From assembly GCA_005222975.1 (NCBI GenBank), contig NJBI01000040.1, positions 1 through 31,980 of the forward strand: a stretch of 31,980 nucleotides of DNA. The letters are read 5' to 3'. The DNA comes from Promethearchaeota archaeon Loki_b31. GTDB taxonomy: Archaea; Asgardarchaeota; Lokiarchaeia; Sigyniarchaeales; SOKP01. Of this stretch, positions 1-9,330 are shown piece by piece. How positions within the stretch are numbered: the first letter of the stretch is position 1; each line of letters opens with the position of its first letter. A program made the position numbers and the translations under genes. The notes under the pieces were generated by a model. The model searched no databases. It worked only from the letters and a program-made list of their open reading frames with translations, and had not been told where the DNA came from.

Positions 1-1
1 G

Positions 2-106
2 AAGAATGCAATTCGCGAGACTTTGGGCTTGAAAAGCGTTTTAGCGAAAGGTAAGAAACCCCCACAAAAGAAGAGTAGAAACAAAGAGAACAATTTTGTC
101 GGGTGA
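2..106 (+). CDS. Probable 3' end of a CDS entering from the left edge (KNAIRETLGLKSVLAKGKKPPQKKSRNKENNFVG*)
   Basis: Frame open from position 2 to TGA at 104-106, followed by a T-tract near 128-136. Too short to assign a function. Confidence 0.4.
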   Translation, partial: KNAIRETLGLKSVLAKGKKPPQKKSRNKENNFVG

Positions 107-310
107 AGATGAGTTTAAAAATATATGTTTTTTTTTAATTTAAATTTCACCAAAAATGTATGTGTTAAGTATCATACTTTCATGATATTATTTAAAATTT
201 TTGTCCTTCGATTTATTTTCTTTCGTTTTTCCATGGAATTGTCATTGAAATTAGACTATGAATTTACCATTCAGGAAGGCTTTCTATAAGAAGAAAATTG
301 AAAAAAGAAT

Positions 311-1572
311 TTATATTTTTTTTGCGATTAAATCAATTATATCTATAACTGTAATCTTTTCTTGGACTTCAGTTTCCATTTCTTTATACGCGTCTCTAAA
401 ATTGCCAATACAGAATGGACAACTCGTTGTTAGTATTTCAGCACCAGTTTCTATTGCTTCTTGAATTCTTTCTTTTGAGATATCAAGAGCCAATTCGGGA
501 AATTGACTTTTTACGCCTCCTCCAGCTCCACAGCACCAGGCATTCTTACGGTTTCTTTTCATTTCTACTAGTTCAATTCCCGGAATTTTCGATAATAGTT
601 CTCTAGGTATTTCGTAAAGATCCATATGACGTCCTAAATGGCAAGGATCGTGCCATGTTATGATTTCCGCACCTTCTACGGATTTAAACGGTATTTCGTC
701 ATTACTTAACATCTCAACTAAAATTTCAGTAATATGCTTTATTTCAAACGGTAATTCCTCACCTAGTAATTCAGGATAATCCTTTTTCCAAGTTCTATAA
801 CATCCTGCACATGCTGTAAAGACTGTTTTAGCTCCCATATTCTTAAAAACTTCTATGTTATGCCTAATTATATCAGTTAGAGCCCTTTCATCGCCGATCC
901 TCAAGGCAACAGAACCACAACACCACTCGTTTTTAGACATTGCGATATCTTTTCCAGCAGCTTTCAAAATTTTCATCATACTTTTCAATGTATCTACTTG
1001 TCTTAATGGCATCGTGCACCCTCCAAAAAACACTAATTCTCCTTTGTCCTTGATTTCGGGAAATTCAGTTGTCCACTCGAATTTTTTTGCTTCTTCTTCG
1101 CCGTAAGGATTTCTCATAGTATCGTTGTTCATGTAATCAATTAACTTGCCGTGTCTATCAAGGGGAGCGAAGCCAGCTTCTATTAGATCTTTTCGTAACG
1201 CTTCCCATACTTTTACATGGTCGATCCATTTAGATGTATTAAGAACGATATACTCGTTTTGAGACATATGACACACTTCTGTGCAATTCCCGCATTCCAT
1301 GCATTCGTAAACTAATTCCGCGAGTTCTCTGGAAAGAGGAATCTGTCCTTCTAATATACTTTTAAGAACGTTCATCCTTCCTCGAGCAAAATAAATTTCA
1401 AAACCTCCTTCTTCCTTAGCTTCCTTAACCGGACAAGTTAAGTATCGCTCAACTGCCGGTCGAATGGCGTATCCGCAATCCCCACATCCCAAATGCCGAT
1501 CTAGGTATTCTAGAACCGTATACACGAAAAGATTGCTTTCCACTCTTCCCTTAAATGTTTTAATTCACTCAA
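311..1572 (-). CDS. Fe-S oxidoreductase (GlcF/HdrD-like, 4Fe-4S dicluster plus two CCG domains); predicted spliced gene join(1572..1520,1490..311), 410 aa
   Basis: CMECGNCTEVC, WCCG, CAGC, WHDPCHLGR, CCGAGGG and SCPFC motifs. TTG start at 1572 follows a GGTGA RBS and overlaps the upstream stop. Exon 1 reads MSELKHLREEWKAIFSC. Removing 1491-1519 gives CMGCGDC, matching LKELEKEIYKCIHCKAC in the paralog at 25298. Confidence 0.9.
1491..1519 (-). other. 29-nt bulge-helix-bulge (BHB) intron in a protein-coding gene
   Basis: Minus-strand RNA reads UUC-GUGU-AU^A-CGGUUCUAG-AAUAC-CUAGAUCG-GCAU-UU^G-GGA: 4-bp helix GUGU/GCAU, 3-nt bulges AUA and UUG, an intron hairpin and an exon stem. It contains an in-frame TAG, and its removal restores frame and the CxxCxxC motif. 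Confidence 0.85.
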
Positions 1573-3091
1573 TTTTACTATCACCCCAAAAGTTAAATTT
1601 TCCTCTACTTAGTATTGATTTTGGATCAAGTATATATTTTATTGACTTCATAAAATTATAGAATTCTGGCGTGTAAGCTCCAATATCGACCATCAGACGA
1701 GACATCAAATCTCCCATCATATACCACTGAACCCCGTTTTTTGTCACTCTTTCTAATAGCGATTTCCAGAGCTTTAAATTTATCTCATTGAGAAATTCAT
1801 GATTTTCTCCATCGAAATAACTTCCAAAACTAGTAAAACCACATGTTATTTCTACGTTATTTCCATCAACTAATACAATTGGTCCACTCCCTACAATCGG
1901 ACGACTTTTTGTAATATTTAAAATTTTTTGCATATCTTCATTATGTTCCATGTCCCATTGCTCGATATCGTTTAAAATCTCAGGATATAAATTGATTGGG
2001 CTCATACTTTCTGCTGTTAATGGTTCCATGCATGGAGACATCCCCCATAAGTTATGATAGAATTGCCAATGTCCTTGTTCGGTGTAATGCCATTTAGCGA
2101 TGTTCCCGTCAGAAATTTCTGAACCCAATTCTTCTGTCTTATTATTTAGCATAATTTCGTCTAATTGTTTTACTTTCTCCTCTAATTCTTTTTCCGAATT
2201 TGCTTCGATCGTATAAAAGATTATACCTCTCTTTTTTTTCAAGTTTTCCCAAAACGGAAACATTCCTTGGTCACAACCTATTCTAACAATAAGATCCATC
2301 ATATACATAACATCGTAAACATCAATTCCCTTTTGCCTGATTTCAGTCATTAATTTTGCCGAAACTTCTCTTTCTTTTCGAGGTAATTGAAATGTTTTAT
2401 ATGCTGCGAATTGTGGTCTTGGAAATATTTGTAATGAAACTTTAGTTTTCACGCCAAAAATTCCATTGTCACCACAGAAAAGCCCAGCTAAATCAGGACC
2501 ATTACCAAATCGATTGAAAGGGAATTTGGAGTACTTATTAGCCTGAGAACCCGTTTCAATGATATCGCCCGTCGGAAGTACTACCTCCAATGAAACCAAT
2601 TGATTAGTACATGCTCCATATTTCGCACACCCCCCTCCACCTACTGAATGATGAGATATTCCGCCTCCTACAGCCGCAGTCATTCCGGAACCCGGTCCCA
2701 TACAACCCGTATAAAGACCATAATGACACAAATATTCGTTTAATTTTCCCCAAGAAATTCCGGCTTCAACAGTTACGATAAGATTTTCTTGGTCTAAATT
2801 GATAATCTCGTTCATTCTTTTCATATCTAATACTATTCCACCATCCCCTATGGGTTTACTTCCACCGAATTCACAATCCCCACCTCCACGAGGTGTAACG
2901 GGGATATTTTCAATGTTTGCAATTTTAAGAATTTCTGCAATCTCTTGAGCATCTTTCGGTCTAATTACGATATCAGGGACTCCTTGCAATACGGGGTCTA
3001 CATTTCTTGAATACGCGTGCCGTACATAAATACTGTTAGAGATGAATTTCTCTTTAACGATATTTTCTAATTTTTTATATACTTCAGACAA
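1565..3091 (-). CDS. FAD-binding oxidoreductase (GlcD/D-lactate dehydrogenase, VAO/PCMH family)
   Basis: PDIVIRP...PRGGG, VEAG, LEVVLPTG, GPDL..LFCGDNGIFGVKT and C-terminal K..LDP..IL..GK. Start is probably TTG 3091 (GAGGT RBS; aligns with the paralog's MSEL...KLENIVKEK) rather than 3112. Confidence 0.9.
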   Translation of the reverse strand: MSEVYKKLENIVKEKFISNSIYVRHAYSRNVDPVLQGVPDIVIRPKDAQEIAEILKIANIENIPVTPRGGGDCEFGGSKPIGDGGIVLDMKRMNEIINLDQENLIVTVEAGISWGKLNEYLCHYGLYTGCMGPGSGMTAAVGGGISHHSVGGGGCAKYGACTNQLVSLEVVLPTGDIIETGSQANKYSKFPFNRFGNGPDLAGLFCGDNGIFGVKTKVSLQIFPRPQFAAYKTFQLPRKEREVSAKLMTEIRQKGIDVYDVMYMMDLIVRIGCDQGMFPFWENLKKKRGIIFYTIEANSEKELEEKVKQLDEIMLNNKTEELGSEISDGNIAKWHYTEQGHWQFYHNLWGMSPCMEPLTAESMSPINLYPEILNDIEQWDMEHNEDMQKILNITKSRPIVGSGPIVLVDGNNVEITCGFTSFGSYFDGENHEFLNEINLKLWKSLLERVTKNGVQWYMMGDLMSRLMVDIGAYTPEFYNFMKSIKYILDPKSILSRGKFNFWGDSKIE

Positions 3092-3147
3092 TTTTGTTAA
3101 ACCTCTTGACAATTTAATAAAAACAATTTATAATAGATTCTATAAAT

Positions 3148-3158
3148 TACTTAAATGT
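3148..3158 (-). promoter_or_regulatory. Putative TATA-box element ACATTTAAGTA
   Basis: The same 11-mer lies about 60 nt upstream of both paralogous FAD oxidoreductase starts (also at 5151-5161). Confidence 0.4.
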
Positions 3159-3222
3159 TTTCTAATTCTAATCAAATTAAAAATTTTTGATTTATTTATT
3201 TTCCAACTTACTCATTTTTTAA

Positions 3223-3537
3223 TCATTCTTCAATACATTTCCAAGAATCTACAATTATATGATATTCAGTAAATTTATCGCTAATTTTAACTTCAGGATT
3301 TTTGTAATCACTCTCTAGCTTCGTAACTTTCCCAGTTATTTCGATCTGACCTTCACAAGAAATCTGGTCCTTAGTATAAACTATAATTTGATAACTATCA
3401 GCTAAGTCGAAATAATTCATGTGTGGATGAGAATCAATAAGAGCTGTCATATGTTGCCAGATTACTTTAGAAATTCTCCCTTTTACTTTAACTATATTCC
3501 CCATGTTATTTTCAAGATAAATCCTTTTACTAAACAT
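3223..3537 (-). CDS. Hypothetical protein, possibly OB-fold-like beta protein
   Basis: 104-aa ORF co-oriented between the two oxidases, with beta-strand patterns VKVKGRI and IEITGKV. Confidence 0.6.
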   Translation of the reverse strand: MFSKRIYLENNMGNIVKVKGRISKVIWQHMTALIDSHPHMNYFDLADSYQIIVYTKDQISCEGQIEITGKVTKLESDYKNPEVKISDKFTEYHIIVDSWKCIEE

Positions 3538-3571
3538 TTTTTTTACTTCTTTTTCTAATGATATTTGCTTT

Positions 3572-5089
3572 TTATTTTTCTCCCCAGAAATTAAATTTTC
3601 CTCTGCTTAAAATGAACTCAGGGTCAAGCATTTTTTTTATAGATTTCATAAATTTTAAATATTCTGGCTGAAATGCTCCAATTTCAACCAAAAGTCTACT
3701 AAGAATATCGCCCATCATGTACCAAGTGACACCATGCTTAGTTATTCTTTCGAGTAAAGATTTCCAGAGTTTAAGATTAATTTCTTTAATAATTTCATAA
3801 TTTTTCCCATCAATGTAGCTTTCGAAGCTCGTAAATCCAGTAGTTAGTTCAACATTTTGATCTCCAATCAATATTATTGGTCCTGCCCCGGAAATCGGCC
3901 GCATCCCTGTAATCTCTAAAATCTGCTCCATTTCTTTAGAGTGTTCCATATCCCAAAGCTCAACATCCTTCAAAATTTTTGGATATGTGCTAATTGATGT
4001 ATGGCATTCTGCGTCTAAGGCCGTAAAACCAGGAACTAATCCCCATAAATTATGGGCGATTAACCAGTGCCCTTGTTCCTCGTAATGCCATTTCCCAATA
4101 TTACCATCTGCGATTTCGGGACCTAATTCTTCTGCTTTATTTCGTAGAAAAATCTTGTCTAATTGATTTACCTTTTCTTCCAGTTCCTTTTCAGAATTTG
4201 CCTCAACTGTATAAAAAAGGGTCCCTCTTTTTCTTTTCAAATTCTCCCACAATGGAAATATGCCTTTTTCAGTGCCAATTTTTACTAATAACTCCATAAA
4301 ATACATCGCATCGTAAATGTCAATTCCTCTCTGCCTAATTTCCGTAAAGATTTTTGCTGAGATTTCATCTGATTTTCGAGGCAATACAAATGTTTTATAA
4401 TTCGCAAATGGAGGTTTTGGAAATATTTGTAGTGAAGCTTTTGTTTTTACTCCAAAAATGCCGTTATCGCCACAAAAAAGACTTGCTAAGTCTGGACCGT
4501 TTCCAAATCTATTAAACGGAAACTTTGAAAACTTATTTGCTTGAGATCCCGTTTCAATAATTTCGCCTGTTGGTAAAACTACTTCCAAAGAAACTAATTG
4601 ATTTGTGCACGAACCGTATTTCGCACATCCACCACCTCCTACCGATTGATGTGAAATGCCTCCTCCCACTGACGCGGTTAGTCCGGAGCCTGGGCCTAAA
4701 CATCCAGTGTATAATCCAAAATGACATAAGTATTCGTTTAATTTTCCCCAAGAGATTCCTGCCTCAACGGTTACAATAAGATTTTCTTGATCTAAATTAA
4801 CTATATTATTCATACGTTTTAAGTCCAAGACAATGCCGCCATCTCCTATTGGTTTACTACCGCCAAATTCACAATCGCCACCACCACGAGGAGTAACGGG
4901 GATATTTTCGTCGTTTGCAACTTTTAAAATCTCAGAAATTTCTTTTGTATCTTTCGGCCTAATTACGATGTCAGGGACTCCTTGCAATACGGGGTCTACA
5001 TTCCTCGAATAGGCGTGTCTTACATAAAGACTGTTCGAGATATATTTCTCCTTAACAATATTTTCTAATTTTTGAAACAATTCTGACAA
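3572..5089 (-). CDS. FAD-binding oxidoreductase (GlcD-like), close paralog of 1565-3091
   Basis: Same motifs; the FAD-binding N-terminal half is nearly identical to the downstream paralog. Confidence 0.92.
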   Translation of the reverse strand: MSELFQKLENIVKEKYISNSLYVRHAYSRNVDPVLQGVPDIVIRPKDTKEISEILKVANDENIPVTPRGGGDCEFGGSKPIGDGGIVLDLKRMNNIVNLDQENLIVTVEAGISWGKLNEYLCHFGLYTGCLGPGSGLTASVGGGISHQSVGGGGCAKYGSCTNQLVSLEVVLPTGEIIETGSQANKFSKFPFNRFGNGPDLASLFCGDNGIFGVKTKASLQIFPKPPFANYKTFVLPRKSDEISAKIFTEIRQRGIDIYDAMYFMELLVKIGTEKGIFPLWENLKRKRGTLFYTVEANSEKELEEKVNQLDKIFLRNKAEELGPEIADGNIGKWHYEEQGHWLIAHNLWGLVPGFTALDAECHTSISTYPKILKDVELWDMEHSKEMEQILEITGMRPISGAGPIILIGDQNVELTTGFTSFESYIDGKNYEIIKEINLKLWKSLLERITKHGVTWYMMGDILSRLLVEIGAFQPEYLKFMKSIKKMLDPEFILSRGKFNFWGEK

Positions 5090-5150
5090 GTTTTAAACCT
5101 TAATTTTTATGTAAAAAAATTAAAAATAATATATATTAGAAAGCTTCAAC

Positions 5151-5161
5151 TACTTAAATGT
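5151..5161 (-). promoter_or_regulatory. Putative TATA-box element ACATTTAAGTA
   Basis: Identical to 3148-3158 and at a similar distance from the paralog's start. Confidence 0.4.
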
Positions 5162-5206
5162 AATTCAATTTACTATAATTTTCTATATAAGATTGGTTTT
5201 AAAGAA

Positions 5207-5788
5207 TTGAAATTAGGAAAAAAGTATTTAGCTATAATTTCAACCGTTATTGTTTTAATTATTCCAATATTTTTTGGAATTTACGCCGATTTTCTCACCG
5301 TAAGCGAGATTAGCTTAGAGATTATGTTATTATTATTGATAGGGCTTGTGCTTCTTTTAGTTTTAGGAAAAGTGATGGAGTTATTTTTGTACGGTAAAAA
5401 AAATAAAGAAAAAATGAAACAACACGATGTTATCAGGGCTCTTTTGAACGAAGAAGGTAAAAAAATTACAATATTCTTTTTTCCGTTGATTATGATAATA
5501 GAGGAATTAATTTTTCGCTATTATCTTATAGGGTTTCTATTAAACCATCTAAACTTAAAATTAATTTCAACAATTATGATTTCAAGTTTAATTTTTTCGC
5601 TATATCATGTTCATACATGGTTTAGATTTAAAGACTTAAAAATCCTGATTTCATATCTTATATTTTCATTTCTTTTAGGAATCTATAACGCCTATCTCCT
5701 TTTTACATTAGGAATTTTTTCGTGTATTATAGTTCATTTTAGCTTGGTCTTTATAATATGTTATAACTTATACAAAAAACTTTCTTAA
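5207..5788 (+). CDS. CPBP (Abi/Rce1-like) intramembrane glutamic endopeptidase
   Basis: EELIFR, FSLYH and a C-terminal His (IIVH) within multiple TM helices. Confidence 0.85.
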   Translation: MKLGKKYLAIISTVIVLIIPIFFGIYADFLTVSEISLEIMLLLLIGLVLLLVLGKVMELFLYGKKNKEKMKQHDVIRALLNEEGKKITIFFFPLIMIIEELIFRYYLIGFLLNHLNLKLISTIMISSLIFSLYHVHTWFRFKDLKILISYLIFSFLLGIYNAYLLFTLGIFSCIIVHFSLVFIICYNLYKKLS

Positions 5789-5844
5789 ATACACTCCTAT
5801 TATTTTAATATAAACAATTTGTTTATTCACTAAAAGTTGATATT

Positions 5845-6717
5845 ATGAAATTATTCTTCCGAGATATAACAGAAAAAGATATACCAGCAATCTTAGAAAT
5901 AAGTAAAGATATATGGAAAGGAGATGATTACATTCCCGAAGTTATAGAAAGGTGGTTAAATGAGGATGATAAATTGGTTTATGGTGCTTTTCTTGAAGGA
6001 GAAATGAAGGAATTAATTGGATTTGGAAGAGTAAAGATGTTTTCTAATGGAGTAGCTTGGTTAGAGGGTGGTCGAGTGAAGATAACTCATCAAAAGCAAG
6101 GAATAGGACGTGATTTGATGAAGTATGCAATAGATTACGCGATTCAAGCAGGTGCTAAGGTCGCTCAATACGATACATCTTCTAGAAATTTTGGTTCGAA
6201 ATCTTTAGCAAAATTTCACGGATTTAGAGAGAAAAAAAGGATGGAAGTCTTAGAATGTAAAATGAGCGAGTTAAAACTAAGTAAAAGTGATTTTTCTCAA
6301 ATACGGAAAATAACTAACGAAGAGGCAAAAAGAATTTATAAAAAAATGGATATTGGCCCTGGAGATGAATTAAATATTGGATGGTCGTATATACCTTTAT
6401 TAAATTTAGAGGATAAAAATTCTTTATGGTTGACTAATTCTGAAGCAATTTTACAAAAAATAGATATTAAGAGTCGTGCTCAACCAGAAAAACCTAGAGA
6501 AAATGAAGTATGGATCATAGTTTACGGTGATCCATTAGCAGCTTGTAAATTAATATCTTATACATTAAATTTCGAAATTGATAAATTTGGGATCGATTTA
6601 GTTGAGCTTTACTGTAAGGCTGAAGTAGTAAAGTATGTAAAAGAATTAGGGTTTAGAGATCCCTCCTGGGAAGACGAACCCGTAGCGGTTGTTCTTTATG
6701 AAAAAAAATTAAATTAA
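5845..6717 (+). CDS. GNAT-family N-acetyltransferase
   Basis: WLEGGRV...QKQGIG acetyl-CoA motif A, and N..S..LAKFHGF motif B. Confidence 0.85.
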   Translation: MKLFFRDITEKDIPAILEISKDIWKGDDYIPEVIERWLNEDDKLVYGAFLEGEMKELIGFGRVKMFSNGVAWLEGGRVKITHQKQGIGRDLMKYAIDYAIQAGAKVAQYDTSSRNFGSKSLAKFHGFREKKRMEVLECKMSELKLSKSDFSQIRKITNEEAKRIYKKMDIGPGDELNIGWSYIPLLNLEDKNSLWLTNSEAILQKIDIKSRAQPEKPRENEVWIIVYGDPLAACKLISYTLNFEIDKFGIDLVELYCKAEVVKYVKELGFRDPSWEDEPVAVVLYEKKLN

Positions 6718-6762
6718 AATACTAATTGATAGAAAATTAAAATAAAATAAAAAAAAAGTGAA

Positions 6763-8493
6763 TTACATCTTTCTTAAAGCTTTTTTATCGACTTTGCCTA
6801 TTGTTGTTAATGGTAATTGATCTAGAAATTCAATGAATTTAGGAACTTTATATTTTGCTAAATTGTCTTGAGCAAATTTTAAAATATCTGCTTTAACTTC
6901 TTCTGAAGCCTGGTAATCTTTCTTAAGCAGCACATACAATTTAACTATTTCTGAACCTGGACGATCTGAGTCCGGGATTCCAACAGTTGAACATAACTCA
7001 ATTGCGGGATGCTTATTCATCTTATCGTCAACTTCAACGCTAAAAACCTTAAAGCCGCTGACAATTATCATATCTTTTGTACGATCAACGATGGTAAGAT
7101 ATCCATCCTCATCCATCACACCAACATCACCAGAATAGAACCAACCGTCAACAAGCGCATTTTCTGTTTCTTTTGGTTTATTCCAATATCCTTTGAATAT
7201 TTGAGGGCCTTTTATGGCTATTTCTCCAGGTGTTCCTATAGGGACTTCCTTCTTTCGATCTGTAACATCTACTAGTTTTACTTCTGTGTTAGGAAATGGA
7301 ACCCCAACAGTTCCAACTTTCTTCTTTCCAAGGTAAGGGTTCATAGTTACTCCGGGAGACGCCTCCGTCATTCCATAGGCTTCTACAAGTTTCCCTTTGC
7401 CGACCACACCTTCAAATTCTTTTATGTTTTTGGTGGGGAAAGGAGCAGCGCCAGAGATGTAACCTATTACAGAACTTAAGTCTAATTTTTTGAATTTTCG
7501 ATTCTTTAAAAGCATCATGTAAAGAGTTGGAACGTTGTACATCAACGCTATTTTACCTTCATATTTTTTCATTAACCCAATCATATAATTTGTGTCACGT
7601 GGGTCCGGAACTAAAATCTGAGCACAACCCATAAAAGCACTCTGAAGGCAAAATTGTAAACCCGCCAAATGGAAAAAAGGAAACCCGGACATATAAATGT
7701 CTTCACCGGGATTAGAACCCGGTTCAAACCAATGAGCTACTATTTGCATTATTTGTATTAAATTTCGATGAGTTAATATTGCCCCTTTAGGGGGGCCAGT
7801 CGTTCCACCAGTGTATTGAAGTAATAAAACATCTTCCGGACCTATTTCAACATTAGGCGATTTATCGTTTGGATATTTCTCCACAATATCTTTATAGTCA
7901 AAATATTTTATACTATTGATTGGCTCAACTTTTCCATAGGGAATTTTTCCTATTTTAATTAATTGTTCTTTCATAGCGGGTTCTAAATCCAAAATATCAG
8001 CTACATTAGTAGTAATCACAATTCTTACATCTGTGTCCCCCGTTTGGAGCGCTTCCTTTACTTTCTCTTCGTAAAAAGAGTCAAGGGTAATTATCGCAAC
8101 CGCTCCGCTGTCTTTTAGCTGATACCTGATTTCATTTGGTTGTAATAAAAAATTCATCCCTGAAGCAGCACATCCAGCGTAAAAAGTTCCAAATAGCGCT
8201 ACGATAAATTGGGGAAGATTTGGTAAGTTTATTACGACATGTTCTCCTTTTTTTACGCCATTCTCAACAAGAAAGTTAGCAAAACTGTTAATATATTTTT
8301 CTGCTTCTTTAAAAGTCACACAAGAACCTTGGAAATCGTAGCATAAACTATTAGGATACTTATTAACCGTACGTTTCATCATTTCTGCTACAGAATAATA
8401 CTCTAGATCAATTTTTGGTTTTACATGAGCATCGTAAGATTTAAGCCATATTTTTTCCGAATATGGACTCTTTTTGGCATTTTCATTTGTCAT
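6763..8493 (-). CDS. fadD: Long-chain fatty acid--CoA ligase (AMP-binding)
   Basis: YTGGTTGPPKGA, EAYGMTE, SGDVG, DRTKDMII and GKVDKK motifs. Confidence 0.9.
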   Translation of the reverse strand: MTNENAKKSPYSEKIWLKSYDAHVKPKIDLEYYSVAEMMKRTVNKYPNSLCYDFQGSCVTFKEAEKYINSFANFLVENGVKKGEHVVINLPNLPQFIVALFGTFYAGCAASGMNFLLQPNEIRYQLKDSGAVAIITLDSFYEEKVKEALQTGDTDVRIVITTNVADILDLEPAMKEQLIKIGKIPYGKVEPINSIKYFDYKDIVEKYPNDKSPNVEIGPEDVLLLQYTGGTTGPPKGAILTHRNLIQIMQIVAHWFEPGSNPGEDIYMSGFPFFHLAGLQFCLQSAFMGCAQILVPDPRDTNYMIGLMKKYEGKIALMYNVPTLYMMLLKNRKFKKLDLSSVIGYISGAAPFPTKNIKEFEGVVGKGKLVEAYGMTEASPGVTMNPYLGKKKVGTVGVPFPNTEVKLVDVTDRKKEVPIGTPGEIAIKGPQIFKGYWNKPKETENALVDGWFYSGDVGVMDEDGYLTIVDRTKDMIIVSGFKVFSVEVDDKMNKHPAIELCSTVGIPDSDRPGSEIVKLYVLLKKDYQASEEVKADILKFAQDNLAKYKVPKFIEFLDQLPLTTIGKVDKKALRKM

Positions 8494-8671
8494 TTTTTAT
8501 CAGATTTTAATATTATTTTAATATAATTAACGAAATTCGGTAATAACTTTATTGTTAGATCAATATTTAAAATTAATCTTCTGATATTGCCAATAAATAA
8601 CAATAATAATTCTAGGAAGAATAATATAAAAAAAAGAAATTAAAAAAATTAAATTAAATTATTTTGTATTG

Positions 8672-9193
8672 TTATGCTTCTACTAAATTCGCTTTATATC
8701 CCTTTCCACAATAAACGCAGAAAGCAAATCCTGTTTCAGCTAATTGTTCAAGCATTTTTTCGGTATATTGACTTCCGCATTCACTACAGTATACGGCAAT
8801 AGGCTGTACAGTTTCAACTTCCTTTAGCATTGGTTTGATGATCTCAGGCTCTACATAAGTTTGGGGCTGATTAAATTTTTGTTCTTCGCTAATAGAAGCT
8901 TTCTTAACAGGCTTAGGTTTTCCAGAAATATCATAATATATTTCTTCAAATAATTTGTATAAGCCTACAAAAATACCCTTTAATAGAAGATAAACTCCTT
9001 TTAATATGTAATAAATTAAATAGCCGACTCCCTTTAACACAAAATATACGATAAGTACTGCTAGAATTAACGACGCTACAGTTCCAATTATCATTAAAAC
9101 TTGAGCAGGGATAGGCATACTTAAAAATCATGTCATAAATTCTTGCCAATATAATAAAGCTTGATCCGAAATTTGGTTCCAATTATTATTCAC
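8672..9193 (-). CDS. Membrane protein with C-terminal double CxxC zinc ribbon; in-frame TGA at 9128-9130 in the likely N-terminus
   Basis: TM segment plus CSECG...CVYCG. An AAGGTGG RBS precedes GTG 9193, which is in frame with the called ORF (ATG 9118) across a single TGA. Confidence 0.65.
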
Positions 9194-9330
9194 TAATTAC
9201 CACCTTTTTAACTATTTTATTTAATGTTTTATTTTTAATTAAAAGGAGTTTGAAGTGGATTATAAAAAATTTGGAGTCCAGTTTTTAAATTTATTTTAAA
9301 AAGAGTAAAATTGAAAGATATTATTAAACA

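Noticed and set aside
1520-1543. ORF-track start at GTG 1543 for the Fe-S protein
   Set aside because: It lacks the first cluster Cys and similarity to the paralog's N-terminus; the spliced model from TTG 1572 explains both.
5207-5788. CPBP protease plus prenyltransferase repeats as a CAAX prenylation pathway
   Set aside because: The genes are unlinked, CPBP proteins are widespread, and I could not identify prenyltransferase catalytic residues.
9105-9150. Possible third BHB intron removing the UGA (GGCA/UGCC helix, 30 nt)
   Set aside because: There is no exon stem, there is an extra unpaired A, and it does not match the consensus of the two good introns. A Trp-to-stop change is simpler.
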